NCBI GenBank assembly: GCA_963775685.1
Contig: CAVZJV010000005.1
Location: 32,001-96,000 of the forward strand
DNA length: 64,000 nt
Direction of reading: 5' to 3'
Source: Candidatus Bathyarchaeota archaeon
GTDB lineage: Archaea; Thermoproteota; Bathyarchaeia; Bathyarchaeales; Bathycorpusculaceae
Positions 42,601-52,316 of this stretch are shown piece by piece. The notes beneath the pieces were generated by a model that saw only the letters and a list, made by a program, of their open reading frames with translations, searched no databases and had not been told where the DNA came from. Made by a program: the position numbers and the translations under genes. How positions within the stretch are numbered: the first letter of the stretch is position 1; each line of letters begins with the position of its first letter.

Positions 42601-42924
42601 TACGACATATTCTTTGTAACCCGAATACGCGAAGAAGCACTCAAAGGAAACACAGACGATGAAGCCATAAAAACAGCCGTCGAAAAAGTTTGGGTAACCA
42701 TTCTGGGGTTGGGATTAGTTCTTGCCACCGTCTTTGCGTCCTTGATCATAACAGGCATCGCACTTTTGCAAGAAATCGCCTTAGCTGTATCAGCCGCCAT
42801 AATCATCGATGTTTTGGTGGTTATCCTGTTTTTTGTGCCTTCCCTGATGGGGTTAGCACAGAGACTTAACTGGTGGCCACATAAAACCTCAAAAACTCCA
42901 CAAGACACTACAGAAAACACCTAA
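39658..42924 (+). CDS. MMPL/RND-family transporter
   Basis: Two TM bundles with GLAVDY and GVGIDYDIF..TRIREE; large extracellular insertion. Confidence 0.92.
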   Translation: MTQLGRNLFDTLNKFIIKRHRLIIIAWIIALIVSLSLVPSFFGAVSYDITGGFAAPTNSQSEKTSHILKAQFPSSQNQSANSILLVVHGTQPYSDDLRKAILDLNQTISKDQSIVNFTGESSIYSTEYSLLNSSIPSILPQVDALENNISSINTGVYSLATNLAPLNANIFQTIEGINQTAQLVFGIPAAFVEVWQGITSQGLTDPYLANFQANVTAYQITNNFGDDPSSIGYYSAFFNVWNASFLSLPSNASSVQDREALAINQSVTLFLGNTQLDEQTKQIVTAVGSGLTVSSWSQSESITNLAKSTIASSIPSDLSTQLAITPQTLINQLYSLGAAPSNATILKYAINLTVNSMGNLTDSDIGFSPSQLVNEAVNLGSSPSFKQQWMLSCEFIANATQSAFVDSPLFSINSSSLATLLYVLPQRATLTEIDAAIENTIAYQNYVSYPYKPTHAITQNFVGTDNNTVLIILGFSSEPDVTSIAQIKSAVQNSELQNLGTTYVTGSPVLGRDIENTFIPALELTVGPAIAISLLIVGLLFLAPLAAIIPIILGGFSTVISLASIYFAVVIVGKGDITFLTPTLTILLLLGLAVDYAVLQLRRTREERQQGRSVEESVGLSVRWAGQAVLTAGITVIVAYIVMAVVNVPIFSDVGTAIAISVSILLAASLTLLPALEIALNDKIFWPGLGKNKNISSNSPRLRNLAKNILKKKKVIAILISGLALGAFYFEYTTPTGSDFLKLIPNFSSNQGLTVISNSFGGASISPTTIVVTTPTPVSYGKNQLNQTLMDQLELVAISVANSPNVVTVIGPTRPFGSSFNYSGLSSMSDTLKPQYESQIYSMIGKDNMTVRITVGLANESQSQIAMTSLLQMEKKINALVLIDGVTVNFGGETQSSIDSKAFMANLLPEVVVILSVAVYIILFVQLRSAFTPLRLIFTILCSVAFAIAILSAVFFYASNLPILDFAPLFVVVTMLGVGIDYDIFFVTRIREEALKGNTDDEAIKTAVEKVWVTILGLGLVLATVFASLIITGIALLQEIALAVSAAIIIDVLVVILFFVPSLMGLAQRLNWWPHKTSKTPQDTTENT

Positions 42925-43350
42925 TCAACTCTGTCTACCACCTTTTTGCAAGCTTCAACCATCTAAAGCATAGCCCCATCACATAGTTGCAATGAATGCG
43001 TAACAGGTAAATATTACCTGATTAACTAATTTTATTATTACCCTAAAGGAACATAAGAAAGCCCTGTGTGGTGGCGCAGAGAAGTTAATTATAGTTATTT
43101 CAACTGGCGTCTAATTTTTGTAATTGCTGGAGCAGCCACAACCTTTCAAGACCCTAACTTTCTGGGTTCAAGTCTTAGTTAAGTTACCCATTACTTCAAT
43201 TCATGGGACTTAAACAAATAGTCAAAGGCGGCATCTCTTCAGATGCATTCGTTGAGAAACAAGAACAAGGAAGGACTCATATTTAAAAGAATAATAAAAG
43301 AAAAACGGTCAATAACAAACTTCAAAGGGAAATAAAAATTCATGCCCTTC

Positions 43351-43597
43351 TTAAAGGACGAGTTCTGCGTCTGCACAACCGCTAATTAGGTTCGTTATTC
43401 TAATCTTTACATGTTCGTTAGCTTTGGCATTCTTTATGAAAACCGGAAAACCTTTGATTTTGGCGACGCCCTCCCCATTGGGACTCACATCTATAACATC
43501 CACGTCGAATTCTTCTCCAATTTCCATTGGATATTCAATGCCTCTGCCTCGGTTTTTGGCGTTTCTGGGGGTTCTTTTTTTGGGACTAAAAGCGCAT
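43351..43597 (-). CDS. Single TRAM-domain RNA-binding protein; +1 base after the start codon (an internal ATG at 43527 gives 58 aa)
   Basis: My translation: PMEIGEEFDVDVIDVSPNGEGVAKIKGFPVFIKNAKANEHVKIRIT...ADAELVL, preceded by an R/G/K-rich tail. Confidence 0.85.
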
Positions 43598-43643
43598 CAT
43601 TCCTCTTTCCAATACAATGTACTCTATCAACATAAGAGTTTTG

Positions 43644-44624
43644 TTATTCATCTAGATTTTTCAGCGTCTCCACCGCTTTTTCTGCCCACTGCGAATCCCC
43701 CCAAAACGCCCGCCCAACCGCTACCAAATCAATTTTGCCCTCACGCACCAGCATATCCGCATATTCGGGCTCTGTGATTCCGCCCACGCCGATAACTGGA
43801 ACTGTAACCGCCTTTTTAATCGTAGCAGCTTGCGGAACAAAATAGCCTTTAACTTGTCGTAGCTGCCTTGGTTCGCTGCCACACATGCCCCCGGAAACAT
43901 CCAGGATATCTACTCCAGATGCCTCGAGTCTCTTAGCGAACGTCACTGAATCTTCAATATGGGTTCCATATGGAGCTAAATCATCTGACCCTAACCTATA
44001 GAGCAATATTTTAGAGCCGAGGCATCTGCGCACTTTTTCGGCAACCAACAGCGGAAAACGCATCCTTTTCTCCAAAGAACCGCCAAACTCATCCTCACGC
44101 CTATTAAACAAAGGAGAATAAAACTGGTTTAACAGGTAGCCATGGGCGCCATGCAACTCAACCCCGTCAAACCCAGCCTTAACTGCACGCTCAGTCGCCA
44201 AAGCAAACTCATCAGCTAGTCTGAAAATTTCCGCTGCATCCAACATTCTGCTTTTATCTCTTGGGGAAGGACCTCCTGGTTCGACACCGATGACCCGTCG
44301 GTTCGTGACTGCGCCTGCATGTGAAATCTGCACGATTGCTGGTGCACCAACTTCATGCAGGGCGTTTGCGAGCTCTGCAAAACCGTCAATTACTGAGTCA
44401 TCGTGGATTCCGAGTTGTTTGGGTCCTATCTTCCCGGTGGGTGAAACATAAGAGTGCTCAACAATGGGTAACCCTAAAGCTGCTGAGCGGCGAACATAAA
44501 AGTTTATCAATCTGTTGGTTATTGCGCCCTCAAAGCTTGCTCTTCCCGTCTGCATAGGTGGCAAAACAATACGGTTGCGAAGAGTGTAACCCTTAACCTT
44601 TAAAGGCTCAAGTAAACCAAGCAA
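43644..44624 (-). CDS. NADH:flavin oxidoreductase (Old Yellow Enzyme family)
   Basis: LRNRIVLPPM, QISHAG, AGFDGVELHGAHGYLLNQFYSP, RREDEFGGS and DLVAVGR. Confidence 0.95.
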   Translation of the reverse strand: MLGLLEPLKVKGYTLRNRIVLPPMQTGRASFEGAITNRLINFYVRRSAALGLPIVEHSYVSPTGKIGPKQLGIHDDSVIDGFAELANALHEVGAPAIVQISHAGAVTNRRVIGVEPGGPSPRDKSRMLDAAEIFRLADEFALATERAVKAGFDGVELHGAHGYLLNQFYSPLFNRREDEFGGSLEKRMRFPLLVAEKVRRCLGSKILLYRLGSDDLAPYGTHIEDSVTFAKRLEASGVDILDVSGGMCGSEPRQLRQVKGYFVPQAATIKKAVTVPVIGVGGITEPEYADMLVREGKIDLVAVGRAFWGDSQWAEKAVETLKNLDE

Positions 44625-44804
44625 AGCAACACCGATGCAACAAAAAATAACCTGCATCTATATATGAACTTGCGGACGGAAAATTGAAAAAAGGCTGAAA
44701 ATGACGAGTTATGTTTTAGAAGAAATTTTTTATACTACATGCATCTGTTTGTATGTTGGGTAAACTCATTTCTTGCCCTAAAAAGTGTTTTAGGTTGAGT
44801 TTTT

Positions 44805-45545
44805 ATGGATGTCAAAGACAAAATAGCCATTATAACAGGAGCCTCATCTGGAATAGGGCTAGCAACTGCAAAACTACTCTCCATTAAGGGCGCCAAGGTG
44901 GCGCTGGTTTCACGTTCAAAAGACAAATTAGAGAATCTATCAAAAGAAATTCCCAACTCCATTGCAATTGCCGCTGATATGTCGAAGGTTTTTGAAGTCA
45001 AAAGGATGATTAAAGAAGTGTTTAACCGATTTGGCAAAATCGACTTGCTAATCAACAACGCTGGCGTTGGCTATGATGCTTTAACGGAAAAAATGGACCT
45101 TGACACCTTCCACTATATCTTCGACTTGGACTTGGTTGGACCAATCGCCGCGATGCAACAGGTTATTCCATTAATGAGGGCAGGGGGCGGAGGCACAATA
45201 GTTAACATAAGCTCAGCCGTTGCCTTGATGAACCTGGCAAACAACGCCCCTTACGCCTCAATAAAACGTGCCCTGTCAGTTGTAAGTTTAACCGCCAGAG
45301 AAGAACTCAAAAAAGAGAACATAACTGTAAGCGTAGTCTACCCCTACATTACACTTACCAACTTTGAAAGAAACACCATCCGAGACGTCCCAGTGCCCGA
45401 GAGCGAACTAGAACCTCACGGTCCATTCCCGCCTGACCCCGCAGAATACGCAGCGCATAAGATTATGGAAGGCATAGAAAGCGGTGAAGCGGAAATTTTC
45501 GCCCATGACTGGATAAGAGATAGGGCTCTAGGAAAAATTCATTAA
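44805..45545 (+). CDS. Short-chain dehydrogenase/reductase
   Basis: TGASSGIG, NNAG, NISS and YASIK. Confidence 0.93.
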   Translation: MDVKDKIAIITGASSGIGLATAKLLSIKGAKVALVSRSKDKLENLSKEIPNSIAIAADMSKVFEVKRMIKEVFNRFGKIDLLINNAGVGYDALTEKMDLDTFHYIFDLDLVGPIAAMQQVIPLMRAGGGGTIVNISSAVALMNLANNAPYASIKRALSVVSLTAREELKKENITVSVVYPYITLTNFERNTIRDVPVPESELEPHGPFPPDPAEYAAHKIMEGIESGEAEIFAHDWIRDRALGKIH

Positions 45546-45701
45546 AAAAGAGCCTACTTCATTCACCTTTTTTGAATGAACCTTCAAGCGGGAACATTCT
45601 GAGTTATTGTAATAACTAAAACACATACAATGAAAACTGCTACAATTACCCATTCTCCATCGAAAAGGTTCATGAAGATAAAACTGACACCGAAAGCAGA
45701 G

Positions 45702-46235
45702 TTAGGTATACTTTTCCAAGATTTCGCTGATTATATTCATGTTTCGAGTAGTTGCCTTCATTTTCAACTTTGACTCCAAAAAAGAATTAGGCAAAGCACC
45801 TTCGCCGCCACCGTGAGTCACACTAAAAACTTCAGTGCCCTTCGCCGAAATTACTTGCGCAGTGGATTTTGGAATTGTTAAGGGCAATTGAAGAGGGGAA
45901 GTGGTTGGCGCAGTTGCTAGAAAAGTCACCAGAAAACTTGCGCCTTCTCTGCTTTGACCTTTGAACTGGTCAAGATTGATTATGCCTTCGAGCTGGGAAA
46001 ATGTCCGTACAAACACGGCAACCGTGTATCCTAAGTCGTCAAAGAGTTTTTCTTCGATTTGGGCTTTCACTTCTTGAGAATCCGGAGAGTCAGCCTCAAA
46101 AACTACATTGCCGCTTTGTTTGTGAGTGGAAACGTTTTTGAAGCCTAAAGAAGTGAAGGCTTCTTTTAGTTTTTCTTTTACAACAATGTGTCCGCCCACA
46201 TTGATTGCTCTCAGGAAAGCCACAAAGCGATACAT
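45702..46235 (-). CDS. DUF1697 family protein
   Basis: AFLRAINVGG, QSGNVVF and ATTRNMN. Confidence 0.88.
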   Translation of the reverse strand: MYRFVAFLRAINVGGHIVVKEKLKEAFTSLGFKNVSTHKQSGNVVFEADSPDSQEVKAQIEEKLFDDLGYTVAVFVRTFSQLEGIINLDQFKGQSREGASFLVTFLATAPTTSPLQLPLTIPKSTAQVISAKGTEVFSVTHGGGEGALPNSFLESKLKMKATTRNMNIISEILEKYT

Positions 46236-46347
46236 AAAAAACCAGTGAAAGGGCACGCTTATAAAAATTTGTTTTTAGCCATGTGTCAGCGGTTTGATGT
46301 TTTTTAACGAATACAATAGCTTTTTTAATCAACGTTTCACCCTTATT

Positions 46348-47403
46348 TTGCGGTGTATTAAAACGGAAGAAGCTGATGTCTGGACTCCCATGGATGGAGA
46401 CACGTTTGTTACAAAAGACGGTTTTATCATGAACACGTTTGGGTACGAGCACCCTGACGACAGAGTTTTCGCGTTCCTCAAATACATCCCCGCTCAATAC
46501 AAGGGATTATTCGATGTTGAAATGCTCACTAGGACATGGCGGTTTGGCACAAACCCGCTTACTAGCCAACTGTTCCGTGCAGAAAAACTCTACACCGCCA
46601 AAAACTACCAAACCTTCATCGAAGCCTTCCGCAAAACCTTCCCAAGTTACCTCTATTTTGACCAGACACGCGGCAAAGAACTCATAACTGCCCCACTAGA
46701 CGCGATTGAACAGGTTTTCGTTCCCAAAGACCGCCTTGTTTGGCTCCAGACCCTTAAAAACCCAGATAGACTCCAAGCCATGTCACTTCGACTAATCGAT
46801 TTAATCTCCAAAGAGTCAGGTGTCCCCTGCAGCGACCTGGGCATCCACGGCTCCATTGCCCTGGAAATGCATGCACCAGAATCAGACATCGACTTTGTCG
46901 TCTATGGCTCAAACAACTTCCGAGTTGTCGAAGATGCCATACAACGGCTCGTAAACGAAAACAAGCTCACCTACATCGCGGGCAACCGCATTGAAGCCGC
47001 GCGAAAGTTCGTGGGCAAGTATCAGGGCAAAATCTGGATGTACAACGCAACCAAAAAACCCGAGGAAATCAAAACCCTTTATGGAGATTATACTTTCACC
47101 CCGCTAGCACAGCTCCGTTTTACAGCAACCGTTTGCGACGAAACAGAAACCATGTATCGACCAGCAATCTACCGAATTAGCAACTATCAACCCCAAGACC
47201 AACAAAGCGAAATCAGCCTCGAACAAACCCCAACCATTGTGACCTCAAACATAGGTTGCTACCGAAACGTCGCAAGAGCAGGACAGCAAATTAAAGTTGC
47301 AGGAACACTGGAGAAAGCCCAAAGCACAAAAGACGGCAGCGTCTTCTACCAAGCCGTCGTGGGAACAGCCACCTCGGAAGAAGAGTACATATGGCCAATC
47401 TAA
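46348..47403 (+). CDS. Pol-beta-superfamily nucleotidyltransferase (COG1665-like), paralog 1; start uncertain
   Basis: GYEHP..R..FLKY; GIHGS...SDIDFVVYG; C-terminal OB-like region ending VAGTLE...EEYI. Confidence 0.85.
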   Translation: MRCIKTEEADVWTPMDGDTFVTKDGFIMNTFGYEHPDDRVFAFLKYIPAQYKGLFDVEMLTRTWRFGTNPLTSQLFRAEKLYTAKNYQTFIEAFRKTFPSYLYFDQTRGKELITAPLDAIEQVFVPKDRLVWLQTLKNPDRLQAMSLRLIDLISKESGVPCSDLGIHGSIALEMHAPESDIDFVVYGSNNFRVVEDAIQRLVNENKLTYIAGNRIEAARKFVGKYQGKIWMYNATKKPEEIKTLYGDYTFTPLAQLRFTATVCDETETMYRPAIYRISNYQPQDQQSEISLEQTPTIVTSNIGCYRNVARAGQQIKVAGTLEKAQSTKDGSVFYQAVVGTATSEEEYIWPI

Positions 47404-48464
47404 AACTGCGTGATCGCGATGCCATCCAAACCGCAGAAGGCATAATTTTCCGTGTCTTCGGTTATAGCCACCCACAAAACTCCTACATATGCGACGCGGA
47501 ATACGCCTCATCCAAAATTTTTCATTCAAAAGATCCACGTGCACCAAGAACAGGAAGAAGGGAACTCTTCTACAAATTCTACAACGACGAAGGCATGAAA
47601 CTCGTCACCGAAAAATACCCACATTACCTTGTTTTGCATGAGATGCTGGGCCTAAAAATCGTTGGAGTACCACGTAATTTAATTGCACAAGCTAGACGAC
47701 CGCAGCCTCGCCTACAAGAACTACTTAAAGCAGGACCAACGGATTCACTGCTGGCAGCGATGGAACATGTTCTGGATTTAGCAACTCAAAAATCAGGAGT
47801 AACCGCCAAAAGTTTCGGGGTCTTCGGCTCGATGCTACATGGATTCCACCACCCAAAGTTCTCTGACATAGATTTTACCATTTACGGTAAAACTGAAAAT
47901 GTCAAAATGTGCCAAACCATGGCAGAATTATACGCTGACAACAGTTCAGGTTTAAGAAACGAGTTTGAATCCAACGATGCGATGAAGGGCAAAGATTGGC
48001 GATTCAAAAATTTTGATGTTGAAGATTTTGTTTGGCATCAGCGTCGCAAAATGATTTATGGCCTATACGACGACACCAAACACAGCGGCAGGGTAATAAA
48101 AGCCGAATTTGAACCCGTGAAAGCTTGGAGTGAAATCAAAAACGAATACGACCCACAAGCACACATCATGCAGAAAGGCTGGGTTAAACTAAAAGCCCGC
48201 GTCACCAAGGACGATGAGGCACCTTTTATTCCATCAATCTATGGTATCGAGCCCATTGAAGTTTTGGCTGGTCCTAAGGAGGCGCTTAAAGTGATACGGA
48301 TTTTCTCATACATGGAAGAGTTCAGGCAGCAGACAAAAAAAGACGAAACCGTGATCGTTGAGGGCAACCTAGAAGAAGTACAGTTGCCAGTGGGAAGCTT
48401 TTGGCAGATAACGTTGACCTATTGCCCATGCTACTACGAACAGGTCCTTAAAGTGTTGCACTAA
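47391..48464 (+). CDS. Pol-beta-superfamily nucleotidyltransferase (COG1665-like), paralog 2
   Basis: RDRDAI...VFGYSHP; [21 protein letters not shown]; VEGNLEEV. Confidence 0.88.
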   Translation: MANLKLRDRDAIQTAEGIIFRVFGYSHPQNSYICDAEYASSKIFHSKDPRAPRTGRRELFYKFYNDEGMKLVTEKYPHYLVLHEMLGLKIVGVPRNLIAQARRPQPRLQELLKAGPTDSLLAAMEHVLDLATQKSGVTAKSFGVFGSMLHGFHHPKFSDIDFTIYGKTENVKMCQTMAELYADNSSGLRNEFESNDAMKGKDWRFKNFDVEDFVWHQRRKMIYGLYDDTKHSGRVIKAEFEPVKAWSEIKNEYDPQAHIMQKGWVKLKARVTKDDEAPFIPSIYGIEPIEVLAGPKEALKVIRIFSYMEEFRQQTKKDETVIVEGNLEEVQLPVGSFWQITLTYCPCYYEQVLKVLH

Positions 48465-49478
48465 TGCAGAAGCACCATGTAATCGGACGGCTTGCTACCA
48501 ATAATTAGGCGGTAATGTTCACGCCCGCTTTTCTTGGCGGTTACAAGCTCCACTTTTCCCTGTGCCTCAACTTTTTCGTCTACTACCGCTTGTTCACAGA
48601 ATCTACCGCGAAAAGAAACGATTTCCTCGATTGGCGCCAATTTGGGTCCTTCAACAGTTGCCACTTCATGGAACTTGTAAGAGCAGGGCGTGAATAGTGA
48701 ATCGGATGCATCAGCTATCTTGGCGGTTATTTTTGCGTAGCCACTATTGCTATAGCACACCTCGCCATACTGCTCGATAGTTTCAGCCCAATCTTTCACG
48801 AAGCGTATGAAGTAGTCCGTGCCCATGAACATGCCCTGGAAAGCTTTGCGGCTTTCGACTAAAACAAAGTCTTCGAAGCTCATCTGGGTATCCTTCGAAC
48901 GGAAATCGAAGAGAGTCTGGAGCTCCTCACTGGCTGTAGGGTTTGAATCCTGAATCCTCCTCTTTTAGCAGTTCCTTCAGGGCAACGTAAGCTTTGTGGC
49001 TGTTCTTTACGCCGTAAACCAGCGGGTCGATATCTGATTTCTCAGTTGTTAAACCCGCCATTATCGAACCAGAAATGCCAATCGCACTCCATGAGATCCC
49101 TGCTTTTTCTTTTAACGCTGTCGCAAGATGTAGCCCTTTGCTTTCTAAGGCATTGAGGGTTTTGGATTTGCGCAATTCTGCAAGTTTCTCGGTCGGCAGA
49201 TAATGTTCAGCTATTTGCTCTATGGGGACCTCACACATTGTCTCCCCAAACACAGGGTCAAAAATGATGAGGTCTGGATGGTTCTTCCGCAAGTACTCGA
49301 ATCGGTCGCTTAGGCTGTAAACTTTGCCATAAAGCCCATCTTTGCTCCTTCGTATGCCTTCAGGCGAAGGGATGAAACGGGGAAACGCGACGATCTTGTT
49401 TGGTGGATGAACCAGGCCTTTAACATCGAAAACTACATTGCTTTTGGTTTTGACCAGGTCGCCTTCGCGTGCAATCAT
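48461..49478 (-). CDS. Pol-beta-superfamily nucleotidyltransferase (COG1665-like), paralog 3; +1 frameshift near 48929
   Basis: EGD...VKGLVHPP; GISGS...SDIDPLVYG; repaired junction PYSQ-EELQTLFDFRSKDTQMSF; SFRGRFCEQA. Confidence 0.85.
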
Positions 49479-49549
49479 GTCAATCAGGGCTTGTAGTTTT
49501 CAAAACTTTAATAAACCTTTTTAAAACCACATAGAGTCGGAGCATTCCG

Positions 49550-50497
49550 ATGAGCAACTGCAAAAAAGCCCAGCACATTTCAAAGTGCCTTCAGCTGGCG
49601 ATAATGCTTGAAGTCAGCGCCCAAAAACCAGGCAACGTCAGCTTCACCTCCAGCTTTGAAAAAACAAGGGTGGAGCATTTTTTGGCTTCAGCGGTTGCAG
49701 CGGGACCAAATTTTCAGGAAGCAGCATATCTTGGAACAAAAGTCGCAGAGAAGAGGCTTGATGCTGGCAAAGTTGGAGTGGGGCAACTTATCAAAGACTG
49801 CGCATTAGATGTTAAGGCTTGGCAGAGGGGCGGAAACACAATCTTAGGCACCGTTATGCTTTTTATTCCCATTGCAGTTGCCGCAGGAATGACACCTACA
49901 AAGGAAAATTACGCCTTTAATTTCTTTGAGATACGCAAAAACATCGATTTAGCAGTTAAATCAACCACAGCTTGGGATTCGGTTCATCTCTACGAAGCTG
50001 TTGATATCGCGAGCCCAAGTGGACTTGGCGAGGCACCAGACCTTGATGTTTCTGATCCTGCGTCTAAAGAAAGGTTGCTAACAGATAATATTGGGTTGTT
50101 TGAGGTTTTCAAAATCGCCCAAGGATACGACGACATATGCTACGAATGGGTCAACAACTACTCCATAACCTTTGACTTATCATACCCATATCTGATGAAA
50201 CAACTTGAAAACAAGCCCCTTAACAATGCGGTCGTCCACACTTTCCTTAAAATCCTCTCAGAGCGCGCCGACACCTTCATCGCCCGCAAAGTTAGCAAAC
50301 AAAAAGCTCTTGAAGTCTCACAAGAGGCAAAGGCAATTTTGGCGATAGGAGGCTTAGACACCGCTGAAGGGAAAAATAGCCTCACTGAGTTTGATCGGAC
50401 CCTTCGCTCATCTGGCAACTCCTGCAATCCAGGCACTACAGCAGACCTAACCGCGGTGGCATTGGCACTCTGTACCCTAAGCGGATACAGACCATAA
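49550..50497 (+). CDS. citG: Triphosphoribosyl-dephospho-CoA synthase family (CitG/MdcB, archaeal H4MPT-linked type)
   Basis: LEVSAQKPGNV, NTILG, DTFIARK and NPGTTADL. Confidence 0.9.
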   Translation: MSNCKKAQHISKCLQLAIMLEVSAQKPGNVSFTSSFEKTRVEHFLASAVAAGPNFQEAAYLGTKVAEKRLDAGKVGVGQLIKDCALDVKAWQRGGNTILGTVMLFIPIAVAAGMTPTKENYAFNFFEIRKNIDLAVKSTTAWDSVHLYEAVDIASPSGLGEAPDLDVSDPASKERLLTDNIGLFEVFKIAQGYDDICYEWVNNYSITFDLSYPYLMKQLENKPLNNAVVHTFLKILSERADTFIARKVSKQKALEVSQEAKAILAIGGLDTAEGKNSLTEFDRTLRSSGNSCNPGTTADLTAVALALCTLSGYRP

Positions 50498-50569
50498 CAT
50501 TCCATTAACTCTGACGGTACCTTTAATATTTAAAAACCCGCCTGTAAAAGTACTCTAAGGTGAACGTTT

Positions 50570-51535
50570 ATGGGTAAAGCACTTAGCATAAACCAAATGG
50601 CTTGGAATATAGCGCAAAAATTTATCGATAACCCTGAATTCTACTGTGTTACAGTTTCAAAATCGGCTGCTGGAGCCACAATCATCGATTCAGGCGTAAA
50701 TGCCCCAGGCGGCTTTCAAGCAGGGAAAAAACTAACTGAACTTTGTCTAGGCGGCGCCGGCAAAGCGCAATTGGGCTTCAAAACTTATGGCGACCTAACT
50801 TTCCCATCCATCACTGTTACCTCAGATCATCCAGCGATTGCCATGTTGGGCTCTCAGTTTGCAGGGTGGCGCATCAAAGAACCAGACGGCTCCATAGCCA
50901 TAGGTTCAGGTCCCATCCGCGCCCTTGCGCTTAAACCCAAAGACATTTTCGAAGAGATAGCCTACAAGGACATAAGCGACAAAGCTGTCATCACACTGGA
51001 AAGCAACGTTTTACCTTCTGACGCGCTCATAGAAAAAGTGACAACTACCAGCGGTGTCTCAGCGCAGAACCTGATTGCAGTTGTCGCTCCAACCGCAAGC
51101 ATCGCAGGCTTAACTCAAGTTGCGGGTAGAGTAGTTGAAGTGGGCATCCATAAACTCCGTACTCTTGGTTTAAGCTCAAAGGTTATTCGTTATGCGATGG
51201 GTTACTGTCCAATTCCACCCGTTGGCATGGACTTTGAGGTTGCTATGGCAAGAACCAACGACACCATACTCTATGGTGGAACAGTCTATCTCACAGTTGA
51301 CTTTGACGATGAAGTTGCGCTTCAAAACATTATCAACCAAGCACCATCAATGGCTTCCAAAGATTACGGCAAGCCGTTCCTGCAGATTTTCCGCGAAGCC
51401 GACAAAGACTTCTACAAAATCGACCATGGCTTATTCGCCCCCGCTTTTTTAATGATTAATAATGCAAAAACAGGCAAAACTTTCAAAGCGGGAAAAATAA
51501 ACCCTAAGGTACTGGCAGAATCCTTAGGATTCTAA
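50570..51535 (+). CDS. mch: Methenyltetrahydromethanopterin cyclohydrolase
   Basis: LGSQFAGW, GSGPIRALA, APTASIAG..QV..RVVE.GIHK, RTND.ILYGG and DFYKID..LFAPA. Confidence 0.96.
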   Translation: MGKALSINQMAWNIAQKFIDNPEFYCVTVSKSAAGATIIDSGVNAPGGFQAGKKLTELCLGGAGKAQLGFKTYGDLTFPSITVTSDHPAIAMLGSQFAGWRIKEPDGSIAIGSGPIRALALKPKDIFEEIAYKDISDKAVITLESNVLPSDALIEKVTTTSGVSAQNLIAVVAPTASIAGLTQVAGRVVEVGIHKLRTLGLSSKVIRYAMGYCPIPPVGMDFEVAMARTNDTILYGGTVYLTVDFDDEVALQNIINQAPSMASKDYGKPFLQIFREADKDFYKIDHGLFAPAFLMINNAKTGKTFKAGKINPKVLAESLGF

Positions 51536-51542
51536 ATTTTCT

Positions 51543-52178
51543 TCATTTTTGTGTTGGAACCGGACATTTTTCTACCTGTGGCATCGTTATATGCAGGACT
51601 TTTTGAACCCTGTGTGCAATCAACCAGCCTATCGGAATTGTATACAGCGCAAGAGTTGCGTTGAAGAAGGCGGCAAATGGTAGATATGCAATTGTTAATG
51701 CTTGGTCGAAGCCGAAGCTTTTGAAGCCTATTGGTGCTTCCTGAGGAAGCGCAAAGTATAGAACAAGTGACATGAATGCCACCCTGGTTAAGATCCCTAA
51801 GGTTGTTGCGACTGCCGCCCATTTGGCTTTAGAGAGTATATTCGTGTCTGGGTTTTTTGAGCAGAAAAATCTTTTGCCTAATGCTACCGCAGCAAAAATT
51901 CCAACTTGCATGGATAAGGTTGCGGCGAGGTTGTAGATTGGACCTGTAGGTAAGGCGCCGGGGAAGATTGCGAATAAGACAGCGGTATTCAAGAGTGATA
52001 CTCCTATTCCGGCTACTGGGCTGATTATTAGGAATGCGATTACTATGGGGATTTCCCATATTTGATAGATGAGCCCTTGCGCGAAGGGTGCAGCAAAGCT
52101 GATGTAGGTAAATGTTGGGTTTAGGGCTATTGCTAGGGCTGCGAAGACGATTGTTAGTGACAGCTTTTTAGTGTCCAA
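51543..52178 (-). CDS. ECF transporter S-component-like membrane protein
   Basis: FAALAIALNP (AxxxA helix 1), YQIWEIP and about 6 TM segments. Confidence 0.75.
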   Translation of the reverse strand: MDTKKLSLTIVFAALAIALNPTFTYISFAAPFAQGLIYQIWEIPIVIAFLIISPVAGIGVSLLNTAVLFAIFPGALPTGPIYNLAATLSMQVGIFAAVALGKRFFCSKNPDTNILSKAKWAAVATTLGILTRVAFMSLVLYFALPQEAPIGFKSFGFDQALTIAYLPFAAFFNATLALYTIPIGWLIAHRVQKVLHITMPQVEKCPVPTQK

Positions 52179-52316
52179 GATGTTTTCCTCTTAGGCTTGT
52201 TTTAACAGTTGTTACCTATTTAAGAGTAGCTACCCAAAATAGAGTACAAAATTGTGTACAAATCGGGCTAAAATTGATAAACAAGCCAACAAATAAAGTA
52301 GTACAGTGAAGCAGTA

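Noticed and set aside
43411-43777. Plus-strand ORFs 43411..43635 and 43424..43777
   Set aside because: They are antisense shadows of the TRAM and OYE genes.
46348-49478. NTases as CBASS/cGAS-like or MNT-HEPN defence genes
   Set aside because: No effector, HEPN or Cap genes are adjacent; the proteins are ~340-360 aa with a different architecture and sit among cofactor genes.
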